A stretch of 47,508 nt of DNA from Candidatus Thorarchaeota archaeon (lineage in GTDB: Archaea > Asgardarchaeota > Thorarchaeia > Thorarchaeales > Thorarchaeaceae): assembly GCA_016839445.1 (NCBI GenBank), contig JAEOUG010000060.1, forward strand, positions 1 through 47,508. Reading direction: 5' to 3'. This document shows positions 16,720-27,555 of this stretch, one piece after another (the first letter of the stretch is position 1; every line of letters starts with the position of its first letter). The translations under genes and the position numbers were made by a program. A model generated the notes under the pieces. That model had not been told where the DNA came from. It made no database searches and was given only the letters and a program-made list of their open reading frames with translations.

Positions 16720-17925
16720 ATGGTTCACGACTACGTAGAAGACGAACTCAGCAAACGCAGTGTCTTCAAGTCAGAGCAGTTCCTATCGATTGACTATGTT
16801 CCAGAGAACCTACCACACCGCCAGAATGAACTGAGAACCCTTGCGCAGAACTTCAAGACGCTCATCGACTCTCCTGGTCAGACAAGTGTCAAATTCATCG
16901 TGGAGGGTCCTGTAGGAACAGGCAAGACCGCCGTAGTGAAACGTTTCTCGGAGCAGATGTTTCAAGCTGCAGACAGGCGGAATATCAGACTTCACACAAT
17001 TCATGTCAATTGCCGTGTCAACAAGACGGAATACCTAGTCTTCCTGAGAGCCCTACGCGAATTCAAACCAGAGTTCCCACGACGAGGGCACTCTCCCGAG
17101 GAACTCCTTCAGATGCTAGTAGAGGTTCTCGATGAGGAAGATCGGTACCTGCTTCTCATACTAGACGAGCTGGACTACTTCATCAGACAGAGAGGCGCAG
17201 ATATTCTCTATGATCTTACCCGGCTAACTGATGACAGGCTAAACGCCAGACAACGCGTTTCAATCATCAGCATAGGGCGCAGGATACCCCTTGACGAAGA
17301 TATTCTCGATTCTAGTACGCTTAGCACCCTGCAGCGAAATCTGCTTCGCTTCAATAGATATGACCGTATTGCGCTGTATGATATCCTACGCGACAGAGTG
17401 GACATGGCCTTTCGCAAGGACGTTGTGATGGAAGACACAGTCCAAGTGGTGGCTGACATTGCATCGGCTCCTGGTGATGCCAGATATGCTATCGAGCTTC
17501 TTTGGAGAGCTGGGAAGCAAGCAGACCGCGACATGAGTTCCAAGGTCATTCCAGACTACGCTCGCCGCGCGAAAGCAGACACTCACCCCGAGCTGCGAAA
17601 GGAGGTTCTTGCTAGTCTCCCTGCTCATCAGAGAATACTCCTCCTTTCTGCGGCCAGGCAGTTGCGAGAGAATCGTGGTGCCTATGTCACCATGGGTGAG
17701 GTTGAGGAAATGTATCAAACAGTCTGTGAGGAGTACGATGAAGAACCCAGATCACACACACAGATTTGGGAATGGGTTCAGGATCTCACGTCTCACGGTG
17801 TCATTGATACGAAGAAGTCAGGTTCTGGCCAGAGAGGACAGACCACTCTCATTGGGCTTTCAGACGTTCCTGCTGATATGCTCGAGGGGTTCCTGTCAGA
17901 CCTGCTTGATGATAATGACTCATGA
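16720..17925 (+). CDS. cdc6: Orc1/Cdc6 replication initiator
   Basis: DYVPENLPHR, Walker A GPVGTGKT, HVNC, Walker B LDELD, GDARYAI, and C-terminal winged helix ending GQRGQTTLI. TTTTAA box at about 16682. Confidence 0.97.
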   Translation: MVHDYVEDELSKRSVFKSEQFLSIDYVPENLPHRQNELRTLAQNFKTLIDSPGQTSVKFIVEGPVGTGKTAVVKRFSEQMFQAADRRNIRLHTIHVNCRVNKTEYLVFLRALREFKPEFPRRGHSPEELLQMLVEVLDEEDRYLLLILDELDYFIRQRGADILYDLTRLTDDRLNARQRVSIISIGRRIPLDEDILDSSTLSTLQRNLLRFNRYDRIALYDILRDRVDMAFRKDVVMEDTVQVVADIASAPGDARYAIELLWRAGKQADRDMSSKVIPDYARRAKADTHPELRKEVLASLPAHQRILLLSAARQLRENRGAYVTMGEVEEMYQTVCEEYDEEPRSHTQIWEWVQDLTSHGVIDTKKSGSGQRGQTTLIGLSDVPADMLEGFLSDLLDDNDS

Positions 17926-17935
17926 TGTGACCGAT

Positions 17936-18223
17936 ATGAATGGAGAACATCCTAGCAACGTGCCAATCGAGGAGCTCTTCTCTTCAAAAGGAAGAGTGAG
18001 GATTCTGAAGGAGTTGGCTACATCAAGCGAACTGAATATCTCAGAGCTCTGTCGACGGGTGGAGCTCAACCACAGTTCCACGAAATCACATCTTGAGGTG
18101 CTCCTTGCATCTGGTCTTGTTGAGGAGAAGAAGTTCGGCAGAATCAAGATCTACAGGTATAGGATTGAAGACATACGGGCCAGGTCAATCCGCAATCTGT
18201 TCAATCTCTGGGATTCAAGATAG
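17936..18223 (+). CDS. ArsR-family winged-helix transcription regulator
   Basis: LFSSKGRVRILKEL...ELNISELCRRVELNHSSTKSHLEVL...GLVEEKKFGRIKIY. This is the C-terminal part of ORF 17609..18223, with likely start at ATG 17936. Confidence 0.85.
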   Translation: MNGEHPSNVPIEELFSSKGRVRILKELATSSELNISELCRRVELNHSSTKSHLEVLLASGLVEEKKFGRIKIYRYRIEDIRARSIRNLFNLWDSR

Positions 18224-18237
18224 GGGTCCAGAGAGCC

Positions 18238-19053
18238 ATGACTGACTACCTTGCACGTCTTTTCTATCTTGGAGACCGATATTATGGGTCTCAGTGTCAA
18301 CCTGACAAGACAACGGTCCAGGGAGAACTCATCAGGGCTACTTCCAAGTGGAGCGGCGAAGACCATTCCTCGCACTCGGTCAGAATCTCAGGCAGAACCG
18401 ATAGAGGGGTTCACAGTCTTGGGCAACTGGTCCTGATCTCGACAGAGAAGCATCTATGTCTCGACAAACTGAACAAGAACCTCCCTGATGATATCATTCT
18501 ATGGGCACTCACAGAGGCACCCGCCGACTTCCAGCCAAGATTCAGCGCGCTCATGAGGCACTACCGATACTACCTCGATGACTCTTGGGAGGCACTTGAC
18601 CTACGAAGAGTCCAGTCAGGGATTGATCAACTCATCGGGACTCACAACTTCCAGTTGGTTTCAAAACCTGATGGTGACAGAAACACCATGACAACCATCC
18701 TAAACATGGCCGTAGTTCGGACCGAAGCAGCACGTTATCTTGACGTATTTGGAACCAGCTTCCTATGGAAGTTCGTGAGGAAAGCCGTAACCTTGCTTCA
18801 ACGTATCGGCTCACATCAGCTAGATCCGGAATCAATCAGCAGCGTACTCCGAGGCAGCAGAACTTCTATTGCCGGGGGGATAGCTCCAGCGCCTCCAGAG
18901 AGGCTGGTGCTGGTTGAAACGGTAGTGCCCATAAGATTCAGAGTCAGCAAATACGCGCTCAGAGGAGTCCGAGTTCTTCTAGAGAAACGAATCGCATTCC
19001 TTCGCAGCAGTCTTGAGACTCTCGAGGAGAGCTTCAGTTACTTCACTGTTTGA
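18238..19053 (+). CDS. truA: tRNA pseudouridine(38-40) synthase
   Basis: YLG..YYGSQ.QP..TVQG, GRTDRGVHS (catalytic Asp), R.YRY, G.HNF, SFLWKFVRK. Confidence 0.93.
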   Translation: MTDYLARLFYLGDRYYGSQCQPDKTTVQGELIRATSKWSGEDHSSHSVRISGRTDRGVHSLGQLVLISTEKHLCLDKLNKNLPDDIILWALTEAPADFQPRFSALMRHYRYYLDDSWEALDLRRVQSGIDQLIGTHNFQLVSKPDGDRNTMTTILNMAVVRTEAARYLDVFGTSFLWKFVRKAVTLLQRIGSHQLDPESISSVLRGSRTSIAGGIAPAPPERLVLVETVVPIRFRVSKYALRGVRVLLEKRIAFLRSSLETLEESFSYFTV

Positions 19054-20251
19054 GGGCCTTCTTGTCAACGTCAAGCCACTCAGCGAAGCGCTTGAAGGAA
19101 CCCGGATTGAGTTTCACAAGTCGGTGAATGGTTTCCAAGTGAGTTCTCCTCGCCCGACTCCGCGAAACCAACCCTCTGTCTGCAAGTGCGGCCAACGCAT
19201 CTGCCTCCCTGTCCGTCGAACGGCTTCCCTGCCAGACAAGAAGTGGCCAACTTGGTCTTTCATACTCGACCTTCCTGAAGGGTGTTTCTGACCTGCTCAT
19301 AGCCACCTTACTAGCCATGAAATCGAAGAAATAGGAGAGGAGTTTCCAGTTCTGAGAATTCATTATTCTTCCAAGCACTAAATCGGCAAGTGATAGTCCA
19401 TCAAGACCATTCTCCAACTCGTGAACATCCAAGAAATGGAGGTGGATATTCTCTTCCACCCAGAGAAGGAGCGAGTCGTAGTCCAAATCAGAGTCTGAAA
19501 GAACATCGCGCGCGATGGCAGGGTCCACAGACATGAAGAAGCGCCTCAGTGTAGCATCTGAACCATGTCGAATGTCCCGCGAGGTCCTTAGAACATCATC
19601 GAGATTGCCTCGCTTGACGTGTGTTTCAAGGTCAGAAATCGCGGCACGAAGGTCTCCTCCTGCTCCGTCGGCAATCCGCTCAAGAGCCTCTAATGATACT
19701 GAGACGCTGTCACCTGAAGCAATCATCTTGAGCACGCCCACGATTTCATCATGTTCAATGGGTCTGTAAACGAAGACCTCACATACCGAATACAGGTCTT
19801 TCAACCGAGGACTCTCAGGGTCATTCGCTGTCATGATTATGGGGTGCATCGATTCCTTGATCACTTTTAGAATCGCACTGACTCCTCCTCGGTCGCTAGT
19901 TCCCGAGAGTCCGTCCACCTCATCAAGAAGGATGACTCTCCCTCGACCATCCAGAGTCTGCTGCGAGGCAGCTCGCCAGACCAATGTTTCAATCGCGCCC
20001 TTGTTCCTCTTGTCGCTCGAGTTGAATTCGACCAGTTCTAGGTCCAAATCAATGGCCAAAGCCCCGACAGATGCAGTCTTGCCAGTACCCGGTGGCCCAA
20101 CTAGTAGGGCGGCTCGGTTTTTGGGTACTCGTTTTTCCCAAGATGCCATCCATGTCTTCAGAGAATCAATCGCATCTGTGTTTCCGACTAGGTCTTCTCT
20201 ACTCTGCGGCCTGTGCTTCTCAGGCCAAGGAAGGTCGCCTCTCTCCGTCAA
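19043..20251 (-). CDS. rfcL: Replication factor C large subunit
   Basis: PWPEKHRP, GPPGTGKT, EFNSSDKR, LLDEVDGL, GDLRAAI.DL, WVEEN. Confidence 0.93.
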   Translation of the reverse strand: MTERGDLPWPEKHRPQSREDLVGNTDAIDSLKTWMASWEKRVPKNRAALLVGPPGTGKTASVGALAIDLDLELVEFNSSDKRNKGAIETLVWRAASQQTLDGRGRVILLDEVDGLSGTSDRGGVSAILKVIKESMHPIIMTANDPESPRLKDLYSVCEVFVYRPIEHDEIVGVLKMIASGDSVSVSLEALERIADGAGGDLRAAISDLETHVKRGNLDDVLRTSRDIRHGSDATLRRFFMSVDPAIARDVLSDSDLDYDSLLLWVEENIHLHFLDVHELENGLDGLSLADLVLGRIMNSQNWKLLSYFFDFMASKVAMSRSETPFRKVEYERPSWPLLVWQGSRSTDREADALAALADRGLVSRSRARRTHLETIHRLVKLNPGSFKRFAEWLDVDKKALKQ

Positions 20252-21204
20252 GTGCCACTACCCCGACTTAAGTGTGCCAAAAGCGATGAAATCTGCACTT
20301 CTCCGTCTGCCCCCTCGCCAACACGGAATTCAATCTCTGCGGTTCTCTCAATGGCCTCCATGCTCTCATCTGAGCTAAGATCGAGGTTCTGCACTTCCCT
20401 GTGAATCTGACGGACCAAGTCCACAGGTGACACACCCTGCTGATAGATCAGGCTCCTCAGCGACTCAAGTGATCTGAGGTATTCCCCGCCTCTGGCCTCA
20501 AGAAGCATTGCCCTTATCGATTCGGGGTTCGCTCTCCCCGAAATCGAGAAGACTATCTCATCGGTGACCTCCTTGCTTGCAGAGGAGGCCGCTTGAAGCA
20601 GATTAATCGCGGCCCTCATGTCTCCTTCTGAGAGATAGAGTATTGCAGTAATCCCTGCTGCATTGGCTTTGACTCCCTCATTCTTCGCTATGTACTTCAG
20701 CCTCTGGGTTATGTCTGCATCACTTAGCCTTGAGAATCTGAATACCGCACATCTTGATTGGATTGGTGGTATTATCCTGCTTGAGTAATTGCAGATTAGA
20801 ACCATACGACAGGACTGGGCATAGGATTCCATGGTTCGTCTCAATGCGTGCTGTGCATCCGCGGTAAGATGGTCTGCTTCATCAAGAACGAGTATCTTGA
20901 AGGGAGCTCCACCGGCTGGAAGTGTTCTGGCGAAGTTCTTGATTTGATTGCGTACTACGTCAATCCCTCTCTCATCACTCGCATTGAGTTCCATGAAGTT
21001 CCTGCTGAATGAATCTGCGAATAGGTCTCTGGACATAGCCATGGCTGCAGTTGTCTTGCTCGTGCCAGGTGGTCCGGCAAAGAGACAGTGAGGAACCGCC
21101 CTCGTCTCGACAAACTTCTGTAGACTCTCAATGATTGATTCTTGACCGATAATGTCGGCCAATGTGGGCGGCCGGTACTTCTCTGTCCAAAGATCCAGTT
21201 CCAT
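20248..21204 (-). CDS. rfcS: Replication factor C small subunit
   Basis: WTEKYRP, GPPGTSKT, ELNASDERGIDVVR, DEADHLT, IQSRC. Confidence 0.96.
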   Translation of the reverse strand: MELDLWTEKYRPPTLADIIGQESIIESLQKFVETRAVPHCLFAGPPGTSKTTAAMAMSRDLFADSFSRNFMELNASDERGIDVVRNQIKNFARTLPAGGAPFKILVLDEADHLTADAQHALRRTMESYAQSCRMVLICNYSSRIIPPIQSRCAVFRFSRLSDADITQRLKYIAKNEGVKANAAGITAILYLSEGDMRAAINLLQAASSASKEVTDEIVFSISGRANPESIRAMLLEARGGEYLRSLESLRSLIYQQGVSPVDLVRQIHREVQNLDLSSDESMEAIERTAEIEFRVGEGADGEVQISSLLAHLSRGSGT

Positions 21205-21359
21205 TAGAGATACCCTTCTGCTCGTAGTTGTTGGATGCTAGTCAGTCTGCGGAGATTCCTCTGGCCTCTTAAATTGTTGTCCGCCCCGTTGTCTATTCGG
21301 CTCGCGAACTGAGAGAAACGGCTTTATCTCCCCCCAATGTCTATCATGAGTGCACAGCC

Positions 21360-21914
21360 ATGAGGATAGTCAGCGAACTTGAACGCATGATGAGTCGGTT
21401 TGAGATGCTTTTCCTTAACGATTCAAGAGAATGCATATTCCTCAAGCCAGTAGAAGCGATTTCGCTAGCTGGTGAGCGAGTTGGCCCCTTTAAGAAGGGT
21501 GACAGATCCTATCTGCCAAACTGGGTGATCGAGAAGCTCCTAGTAGATGATCGAGTGGAAATTGCACCTGCTCACGCACATGAATCTCTCAGACGCCTTC
21601 AAAATCTCAACAGGGAAGAGGAAAAGCATAGGCAGCTTCAGGACTTCAACCCGTTTCTCTATGCAGCCATAGGTAGGAAGCTACTGCGCCTGCAGAGCGA
21701 TAAGACATCCATGGACCCGCGAAGATTCGAAGAGATAGAGAAGCTACAGAACCTTGCATCCCTCCTTGCAGAAACACGACTCTCAAAGATTCTGACAATC
21801 GCCAAGGCCAGAGCATTCAAGGACAAGAAGGAGCAGATGACGTACGAAGAGCAGTGGCTTTGCGAGGAATTGACATCCCTCTTGTCAGGATGGCGCCAAT
21901 ACATCGTGGGATAG
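21360..21914 (+). CDS. GINS subunit (Gins23/Psf2-type, B-domain then A-domain)
   Basis: GPFKKGD..YLPNWV..L motif, helical C-terminus with RLSKIL and MT.EE.W, and position immediately upstream of mcm. Confidence 0.8.
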   Translation: MRIVSELERMMSRFEMLFLNDSRECIFLKPVEAISLAGERVGPFKKGDRSYLPNWVIEKLLVDDRVEIAPAHAHESLRRLQNLNREEEKHRQLQDFNPFLYAAIGRKLLRLQSDKTSMDPRRFEEIEKLQNLASLLAETRLSKILTIAKARAFKDKKEQMTYEEQWLCEELTSLLSGWRQYIVG

Positions 21915-22013
21915 TGTATCCATGTTAGTGCCCTTAAATACAAGGACTAATGAACAGAAGAATCGGTGCACATTAGCAGAGGTCGTTCATCGTAGTACTA
22001 GAGGCTGAGGACA

Positions 22014-24083
22014 ATGGCAGAGTATGAGGACCCCCAAGAACGCATAGAGGAATTCCTGAGGACATACAAGGATGAACAGGGTAGCAAGGTATACTGGACG
22101 AAAATCGAACAGATGTCGATAGATGACAGAACCTCTCTGACAATTGATTTTCAGGATCTGATGACTTTCGACAATGAGTTTACCAGCCTCGCGGGACAGA
22201 ATCCGACTGCTTTCCTGAACATGGCATCTGACGCTTTGCATTCGGCTCTCAAGATTGCCGATCCGGAATACGTTGCCACTTTGGACAAGGGGTTCATCAA
22301 AGCCAGATTCATCAACTATCCTGACTTCGTCAAGCTTCGGGCAATTCGTGCAAAGCACATTGGGAAGATTCTGCAAGTCAGCGGGATTCTGATGAGGGCC
22401 AGTGAAGTCAAACCTCTGCTCGTGCAGGCTGTATTCCAGTGCAGGTTATGTGATACAGAGATACCCCAGGACCAAGAGGAGGGAAGATATACTGAGCCTC
22501 CACTGTGTCCAACGTGCGACAAGAAGACCCCCTTGCGTCTTCTTCCACAGAAATCAACCTTCAGAGACTGGCAGAAGGTCCGTGTGCAGGAGTCTCCAGA
22601 CGAGCTCCCTGCAGGAAGTATGCCTCGCTCTGCAGATGTGATTCTTGAGGGAGATATCGTAGACATATCGAGACCTGGGGACTTCGTTAGGATAACTGGC
22701 GTCTTGAAGACTACACCTGACTTCTCTCGAAGAGGCAGCAGACTGGCAACATTCAACGTGTTCCTTGAGGCTAATGGTGTTGAGGTGTCAGAGAAGGAGT
22801 TCGAGCAGGACGAGGCTTCAGATGAAGAAGAAAGGGAGATTGAGGAGCTGGCAAAGGACCCCTACATCCATCGGAGGATAATAAAATCGATAGCGCCAGC
22901 CATTCAGGGCCACCTTGACATCAAGGAATCGATTGCTCTCCTCATGTTTGGCGGAAGAGAGAAGCGATTACCCGATGGTACACGGCTACGTGAGAAGTCG
23001 AATGTCCTGATGATAGGAGACCCGGGAACCGGAAAGAGCCAGATACTGAAGTTTGTATCTGACATTGCTCCTCGAGGGCTATACACATCAGGAAAGGGTA
23101 CGACTGCTGCAGGTCTTACCGCAGCCGTGGTACATGATACAGATACGGGCGCTATGACCCTAGAAGCTGGAGCCCTAGTACTGGCCGACAAAGGAATCGC
23201 CTGCATTGACGAGTTTGATAAGATGGACCCCAACGATCGAACAGCAATCCACGAAGCGATGGAACAGCATACCGTCAGTATTGCCAAGGCTGGAATCGTC
23301 GCCACCCTGAATGCGCGGACTTCAATACTGGCAGCCGCAAACCCGACATTTGGAAGGTATGATCCAAACGAAACGATGCAAAGCAATATCCGTCTCCCAT
23401 TCACGATTCTCTCACGTTTTGACCTAATCTGGATAATCCGTGACACGATTGATGAAGAAGAGGATAGAAAACTTGCCTCCTTCATTCTTGGAATGCATCA
23501 GATGAAGCCGAAGGACGAAGGGGCCGATGAAGAACCACCCATTCCTCCTGATATGCTCAAGAAGTACATTGGTCATGCAAATCGCAGGTACTTCCCCGAA
23601 CTAAGTGACGAAGCAGTCGAAATCATAGAGTCATTCTATGTGAATATCAGAAAGGAGGCAGAGGGAGGCGCCATCCCCATCACAGCTCGTCAGCTAGAAT
23701 CACTGGTACGACTAGCTGAGGCGAGAGCCAAGATGGCACTTCGTCCAAAAGTCACTCGGGAGGATGCAGAAGCGGCGGTTCGATTGATGAGGAAGTCGCT
23801 GATTGAAGTAGCTGGCGATGAATCAGGTCAGATTGATGTCTACAAGGTCATGACCGGCTGGAGCACAGAACAGAGAACATCTTCGCAGGTCATTCTCAAG
23901 ACCGTTGAGGGAATGGAAGACGAAGGCATAGCCAGCATAGATAGAGATGATCTCATCCAGAGAGTGGTTTCTGCTGGAATAACCAGAGAGAAGGCCGAGG
24001 AGATAATCCAGAAGCTTGTCAATGATGGACTACTATACACACCCAAGCCCGGAAAGATACGGCGTGTGCGTGAGACAATGTGA
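22014..24083 (+). CDS. mcm: MCM replicative helicase
   Basis: C4 Zn finger, GDPGTGKSQ, GLTAAV, CIDEFDKM, IHEAMEQ, LSRFDL, TARQLESL. No intein seen. Confidence 0.98.
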   Translation: MAEYEDPQERIEEFLRTYKDEQGSKVYWTKIEQMSIDDRTSLTIDFQDLMTFDNEFTSLAGQNPTAFLNMASDALHSALKIADPEYVATLDKGFIKARFINYPDFVKLRAIRAKHIGKILQVSGILMRASEVKPLLVQAVFQCRLCDTEIPQDQEEGRYTEPPLCPTCDKKTPLRLLPQKSTFRDWQKVRVQESPDELPAGSMPRSADVILEGDIVDISRPGDFVRITGVLKTTPDFSRRGSRLATFNVFLEANGVEVSEKEFEQDEASDEEEREIEELAKDPYIHRRIIKSIAPAIQGHLDIKESIALLMFGGREKRLPDGTRLREKSNVLMIGDPGTGKSQILKFVSDIAPRGLYTSGKGTTAAGLTAAVVHDTDTGAMTLEAGALVLADKGIACIDEFDKMDPNDRTAIHEAMEQHTVSIAKAGIVATLNARTSILAAANPTFGRYDPNETMQSNIRLPFTILSRFDLIWIIRDTIDEEEDRKLASFILGMHQMKPKDEGADEEPPIPPDMLKKYIGHANRRYFPELSDEAVEIIESFYVNIRKEAEGGAIPITARQLESLVRLAEARAKMALRPKVTREDAEAAVRLMRKSLIEVAGDESGQIDVYKVMTGWSTEQRTSSQVILKTVEGMEDEGIASIDRDDLIQRVVSAGITREKAEEIIQKLVNDGLLYTPKPGKIRRVRETM

Positions 24084-24103
24084 TGGCGTCGGAGAGCAAA
24101 TAG

Positions 24104-26326
24104 ATGCGTGTGGATGAGATAGATATCAACAAGAGAATAGTCGACTATCTGAAGAAGAACGGCATCGAAGAGCTCTTCCCGCCCCAGGCAGAGGCTCTGA
24201 AATCCGGTGTTTTGGAGGGGCGGAATCTTGTTCTGGCCATACCGACTAGCTCCGGGAAGACCCTTGTCGCAGAAATCTGCATCCTGAAGTCAATACTCGA
24301 GGGCAAGGGGAAGGCAATGTATCTGGTGCCGCTGAAATCTCTGGCCCGTGAGAAGTATCAAGACTTCAAGGGCTACGAAGAACTGGGCATAACGGTTGCT
24401 ATGTCCGTAGGCGACTACGATTCTCCTGGCACAAGGCTTCGTGATGCTGATATTGTGATACTCACGACCGAGAGAGCAGACTCGCTTGTCAGACACAAGA
24501 CTGACTGGATTGACGAAGTTGGCATCGTAATCGTGGATGAGATCCATCTCGTCAACGATTCCAGTAGGGGACCCACACTGGAAATGGTCCTGGCGAAGCT
24601 TTCACAGAGACTCAGCAATGTCCAAATCGTTGCGCTTAGTGCGACAATATCCAATGCCGACCGCATTGCAGAGTGGCTAGATGCAAGACTTGTGAAGAGT
24701 GATTGGAGACCTGTCCCTCTGAACGAAGGCGTCTACCTAGACGGTGAAATCACATTCTACAATGGAAAGAAACGAGAGATTCCTCTCAAGAGGAGAGAGG
24801 AGCTTGCAGACGTTGTATGTGATACTCTTGAGGAGGATGGGCAGGTACTCATCTTCGTGTCAAGCAGAAGATCGACAGTGTCAGTAGCCAAGAAGCTGGC
24901 CCGCTTCCTACGCCCATTCCTTCGTGAGAATGCTCTGCCTCAGCTGACCAAGATTGCCAAGAAGATGTCTGCGGGACCGTCTGTGCCAGAGGCATCAAGA
25001 ACGCTAGCCCGTGTCGTAGCAAACGGCGCAGCTTTCCACCACGCAGGTCTTGACAATTCGGAACGAGCCCTCGTTGAAGATGCATTCAAGGCCAACATGC
25101 TCAAGGTGATTGTAGCCACTCCAACCTTGGCGGCTGGCGTTAATCTTCCCGCCCGCCGTGTAGTCATCCGTGACTACCGCCGATTTGAGCAAAACCTAGG
25201 CAGTTATCCCATCCCTGTTCTTGAATACAAACAGATGGCCGGCCGAGCGGGCCGTCCGAAGTACGACACTTACGGAGAGGCAGTGCTCATTGCCAGGAGC
25301 GACTCTGAGAAGGATGACCTTCTCGATAACTACATCTTGTCTGGACCTGAGGAGATCGTGTCCAAGCTTGCGTCGCCCTCCGCTGTACGTTCTCACTTGC
25401 TTGCATCTATTGCGTCAGACATGACACGGAATCGCAGAGAGATAGACAATCTGATTTCGTCAACATTCTTTGCGCACCAGTTCGAACCAAGAGATATCGA
25501 TGACTACATCACTCTAGCTCTGGATTTCCTTGTCGAGGGCGAGCTCATCACCAATCAGGATGGCGAGCTGTCTGCAACCGCACTCGGAAGGCGTACATCG
25601 CAGCTCTACATTGACCCCGAGTCGGCTCTCCTCTTTCGAAACATTCTCTCTGAAACAGAAGAGCCAACGATCTTAGGGCTTCTCCATCTCTTTTGCCATG
25701 CCCCTGACCAGCCCAAATCCTATGTCACCAGGACCGAAGCAGAGGACTACGATCTCTTTGTCGATGACAACTTGGACGACTTCTTGATTGAGCCACCTGA
25801 CGACAATCCGCTCTATCCCTACTCGGGGTTCCTCGGTGAGGTGAAGACAGCGCGGATCTTACTAGGATGGATTTCAGAGCAGTCCGATAGGGACTTGACT
25901 GAGTACTTCGGCGTGGGCATGGGCGATGTTCATAGGTTTGTGCAATCAGGAGAGTGGCTTGCATATGCAGCTGCTGAGATTGCTAGGGTTTCAGGCTTCA
26001 CACGACACATACAGGTTCTTCAGAATCTGAGATTGCGACTGAAGCATGGAGTCAAAACCGAGCTACTTGAACTAGTCAGACTAAGAGGCATAGGAAGGAT
26101 TCGCGGAAGGATGCTGCACAACTACGCCTACAGAAGCCTTGCAGATCTGCATCGCGCACCCGCCGGGGAGCTTGCGAAAGTTCCAACTATCGGGTCGGTA
26201 GTGGCCAAGTCTATCAAGAAGCAGCTCGGCATCGAAGTCGAGCTAGACCATGTCGAGCCATTTCTGGACGCCGAAGACGACGATGAGGTTGATTCAGTTC
26301 AGACTCTTCTGGAAGACTTCTCCTAG
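24104..26326 (+). CDS. hel308: Ski2-like DNA helicase Hel308/Hjm
   Basis: PTSSGKT, DEIH, SAT, AFHHAGL, ATPTLAAGVNLPA, QMAGRAGRP, and C-terminal HhH motifs. Confidence 0.95.
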   Translation: MRVDEIDINKRIVDYLKKNGIEELFPPQAEALKSGVLEGRNLVLAIPTSSGKTLVAEICILKSILEGKGKAMYLVPLKSLAREKYQDFKGYEELGITVAMSVGDYDSPGTRLRDADIVILTTERADSLVRHKTDWIDEVGIVIVDEIHLVNDSSRGPTLEMVLAKLSQRLSNVQIVALSATISNADRIAEWLDARLVKSDWRPVPLNEGVYLDGEITFYNGKKREIPLKRREELADVVCDTLEEDGQVLIFVSSRRSTVSVAKKLARFLRPFLRENALPQLTKIAKKMSAGPSVPEASRTLARVVANGAAFHHAGLDNSERALVEDAFKANMLKVIVATPTLAAGVNLPARRVVIRDYRRFEQNLGSYPIPVLEYKQMAGRAGRPKYDTYGEAVLIARSDSEKDDLLDNYILSGPEEIVSKLASPSAVRSHLLASIASDMTRNRREIDNLISSTFFAHQFEPRDIDDYITLALDFLVEGELITNQDGELSATALGRRTSQLYIDPESALLFRNILSETEEPTILGLLHLFCHAPDQPKSYVTRTEAEDYDLFVDDNLDDFLIEPPDDNPLYPYSGFLGEVKTARILLGWISEQSDRDLTEYFGVGMGDVHRFVQSGEWLAYAAAEIARVSGFTRHIQVLQNLRLRLKHGVKTELLELVRLRGIGRIRGRMLHNYAYRSLADLHRAPAGELAKVPTIGSVVAKSIKKQLGIEVELDHVEPFLDAEDDDEVDSVQTLLEDFS

Positions 26327-26330
26327 GGTT

Positions 26331-27383
26331 CTACTGCAACAGAGGAATTGTTTCCTCAAGATAGGTCACAAGGGACTCTGTATGTTTCATACTCGTATCG
26401 CTTTCCTCATAGGAGTCCTGATAGCTAGTGACCTCGGATCCTGACAGCTGTTCAACAAGATTGGCCGATCCCATAGCCATCACATCGAGATTGTAGCCAC
26501 CTTCGAGAGTACAGACAAGGTGCCCTCGTGAATGTCTCTGGGCCATTTCCATCAGCTTCGAATTCATCGAGGCAAATCCTGTTGATGTAAGGCCCAGTGA
26601 TGTGAGCGGATCCATGTAGTGTCCATCATATCCTACCGAGGCAAGCACGAACTGTGGCCTAAAGGACTCCGCCAGAGGTTCTATGACCCTCGAAAAGGCT
26701 TGACCGTAGGACCAATTGCCTGCGCCCGGATACATAGCCAGATTCACATTGTATCCTCTACCTTCCTTCTCGCCAATCTCGTTTGGGAATCCAGACCCAG
26801 GAAAGAGGGTTCTTCCATCTTGGTGAAGTCCAACGTAGAGCACCCTGCTGTCCGAGTAGAAGGCGTTCTGAGTGCCGTTACCGTGATGAGCATCATAATC
26901 CACAATCATTACTCTGTTCAGGCCATGCTTCTCCAGAAGATGCAGGGCTGCAACTGCGATGTTGTTTATGAAACAGAAACCGAAGGCCCGTTGCCTCTCG
27001 GCGTGATGCCCAGGGGGTCTGCAGAGCAGGAACGCGTTCTCTATACTTGAATCCATGACTCTATCTACAGCCATGGATGCTCCCCCTGCGGCGAGCAGAG
27101 CGGCCTTATACGAATGGCTGTTCACGGACGTGTCCAAGGTATAGAAGCCTCCACCCATCTCAGACTTCGTGCGTACTCCTTCAACGTATTCACGATCATG
27201 GAGTCTGTAAATCGTGTCCATCGTCGGAATCCCGGGTTCATGAAGCTGAATGATGCCCTTCTCGACGAGACCAGTAGCCTCGATAGCACTCATTGCGCTT
27301 CGAAGTCTTTCTGGGCTCTCAGGATGACCAAGAGACATCTCATGCTTTAGGAACTCACTGTGGAATACGAGACCTGTGACCAA
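26331..27383 (-). CDS. Histone deacetylase-family (class II/AcuC-like) amidohydrolase
   Basis: HPESPERL, RPPGHHA, GFCFINN, DYDAHHGNGTQ, GYDGH..DPL, LEGGY. The likely start is the TTG at 27383. Confidence 0.93.
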   Translation of the reverse strand: MVTGLVFHSEFLKHEMSLGHPESPERLRSAMSAIEATGLVEKGIIQLHEPGIPTMDTIYRLHDREYVEGVRTKSEMGGGFYTLDTSVNSHSYKAALLAAGGASMAVDRVMDSSIENAFLLCRPPGHHAERQRAFGFCFINNIAVAALHLLEKHGLNRVMIVDYDAHHGNGTQNAFYSDSRVLYVGLHQDGRTLFPGSGFPNEIGEKEGRGYNVNLAMYPGAGNWSYGQAFSRVIEPLAESFRPQFVLASVGYDGHYMDPLTSLGLTSTGFASMNSKLMEMAQRHSRGHLVCTLEGGYNLDVMAMGSANLVEQLSGSEVTSYQDSYEESDTSMKHTESLVTYLEETIPLLQ

Positions 27384-27555
27384 GAGGCTCACGTCCTGTT
27401 GATCTACACCTGCGCCCTTGTCCCTGATAAATGTGAAGTGATTCGAACACATGTTCCAAGAATACCCATCTTCGATACTGCGGTCCTGAGTGGCAACGTT
27501 TATTTTCGGTTCCAGATACGCAAAGGCGTCTGACACAGATAAGGTCAGCATGCAA

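Noticed and set aside
17609-17935. N-terminal extensions in the ORF track (ArsR from 17609, rps10 from 2880, HDAC from 27551, thpR from 28424, rps15 from 46551)
   Set aside because: The extensions overlap neighbouring genes or promoter regions and lack family similarity. Downstream starts with SD-like sequences fit better.
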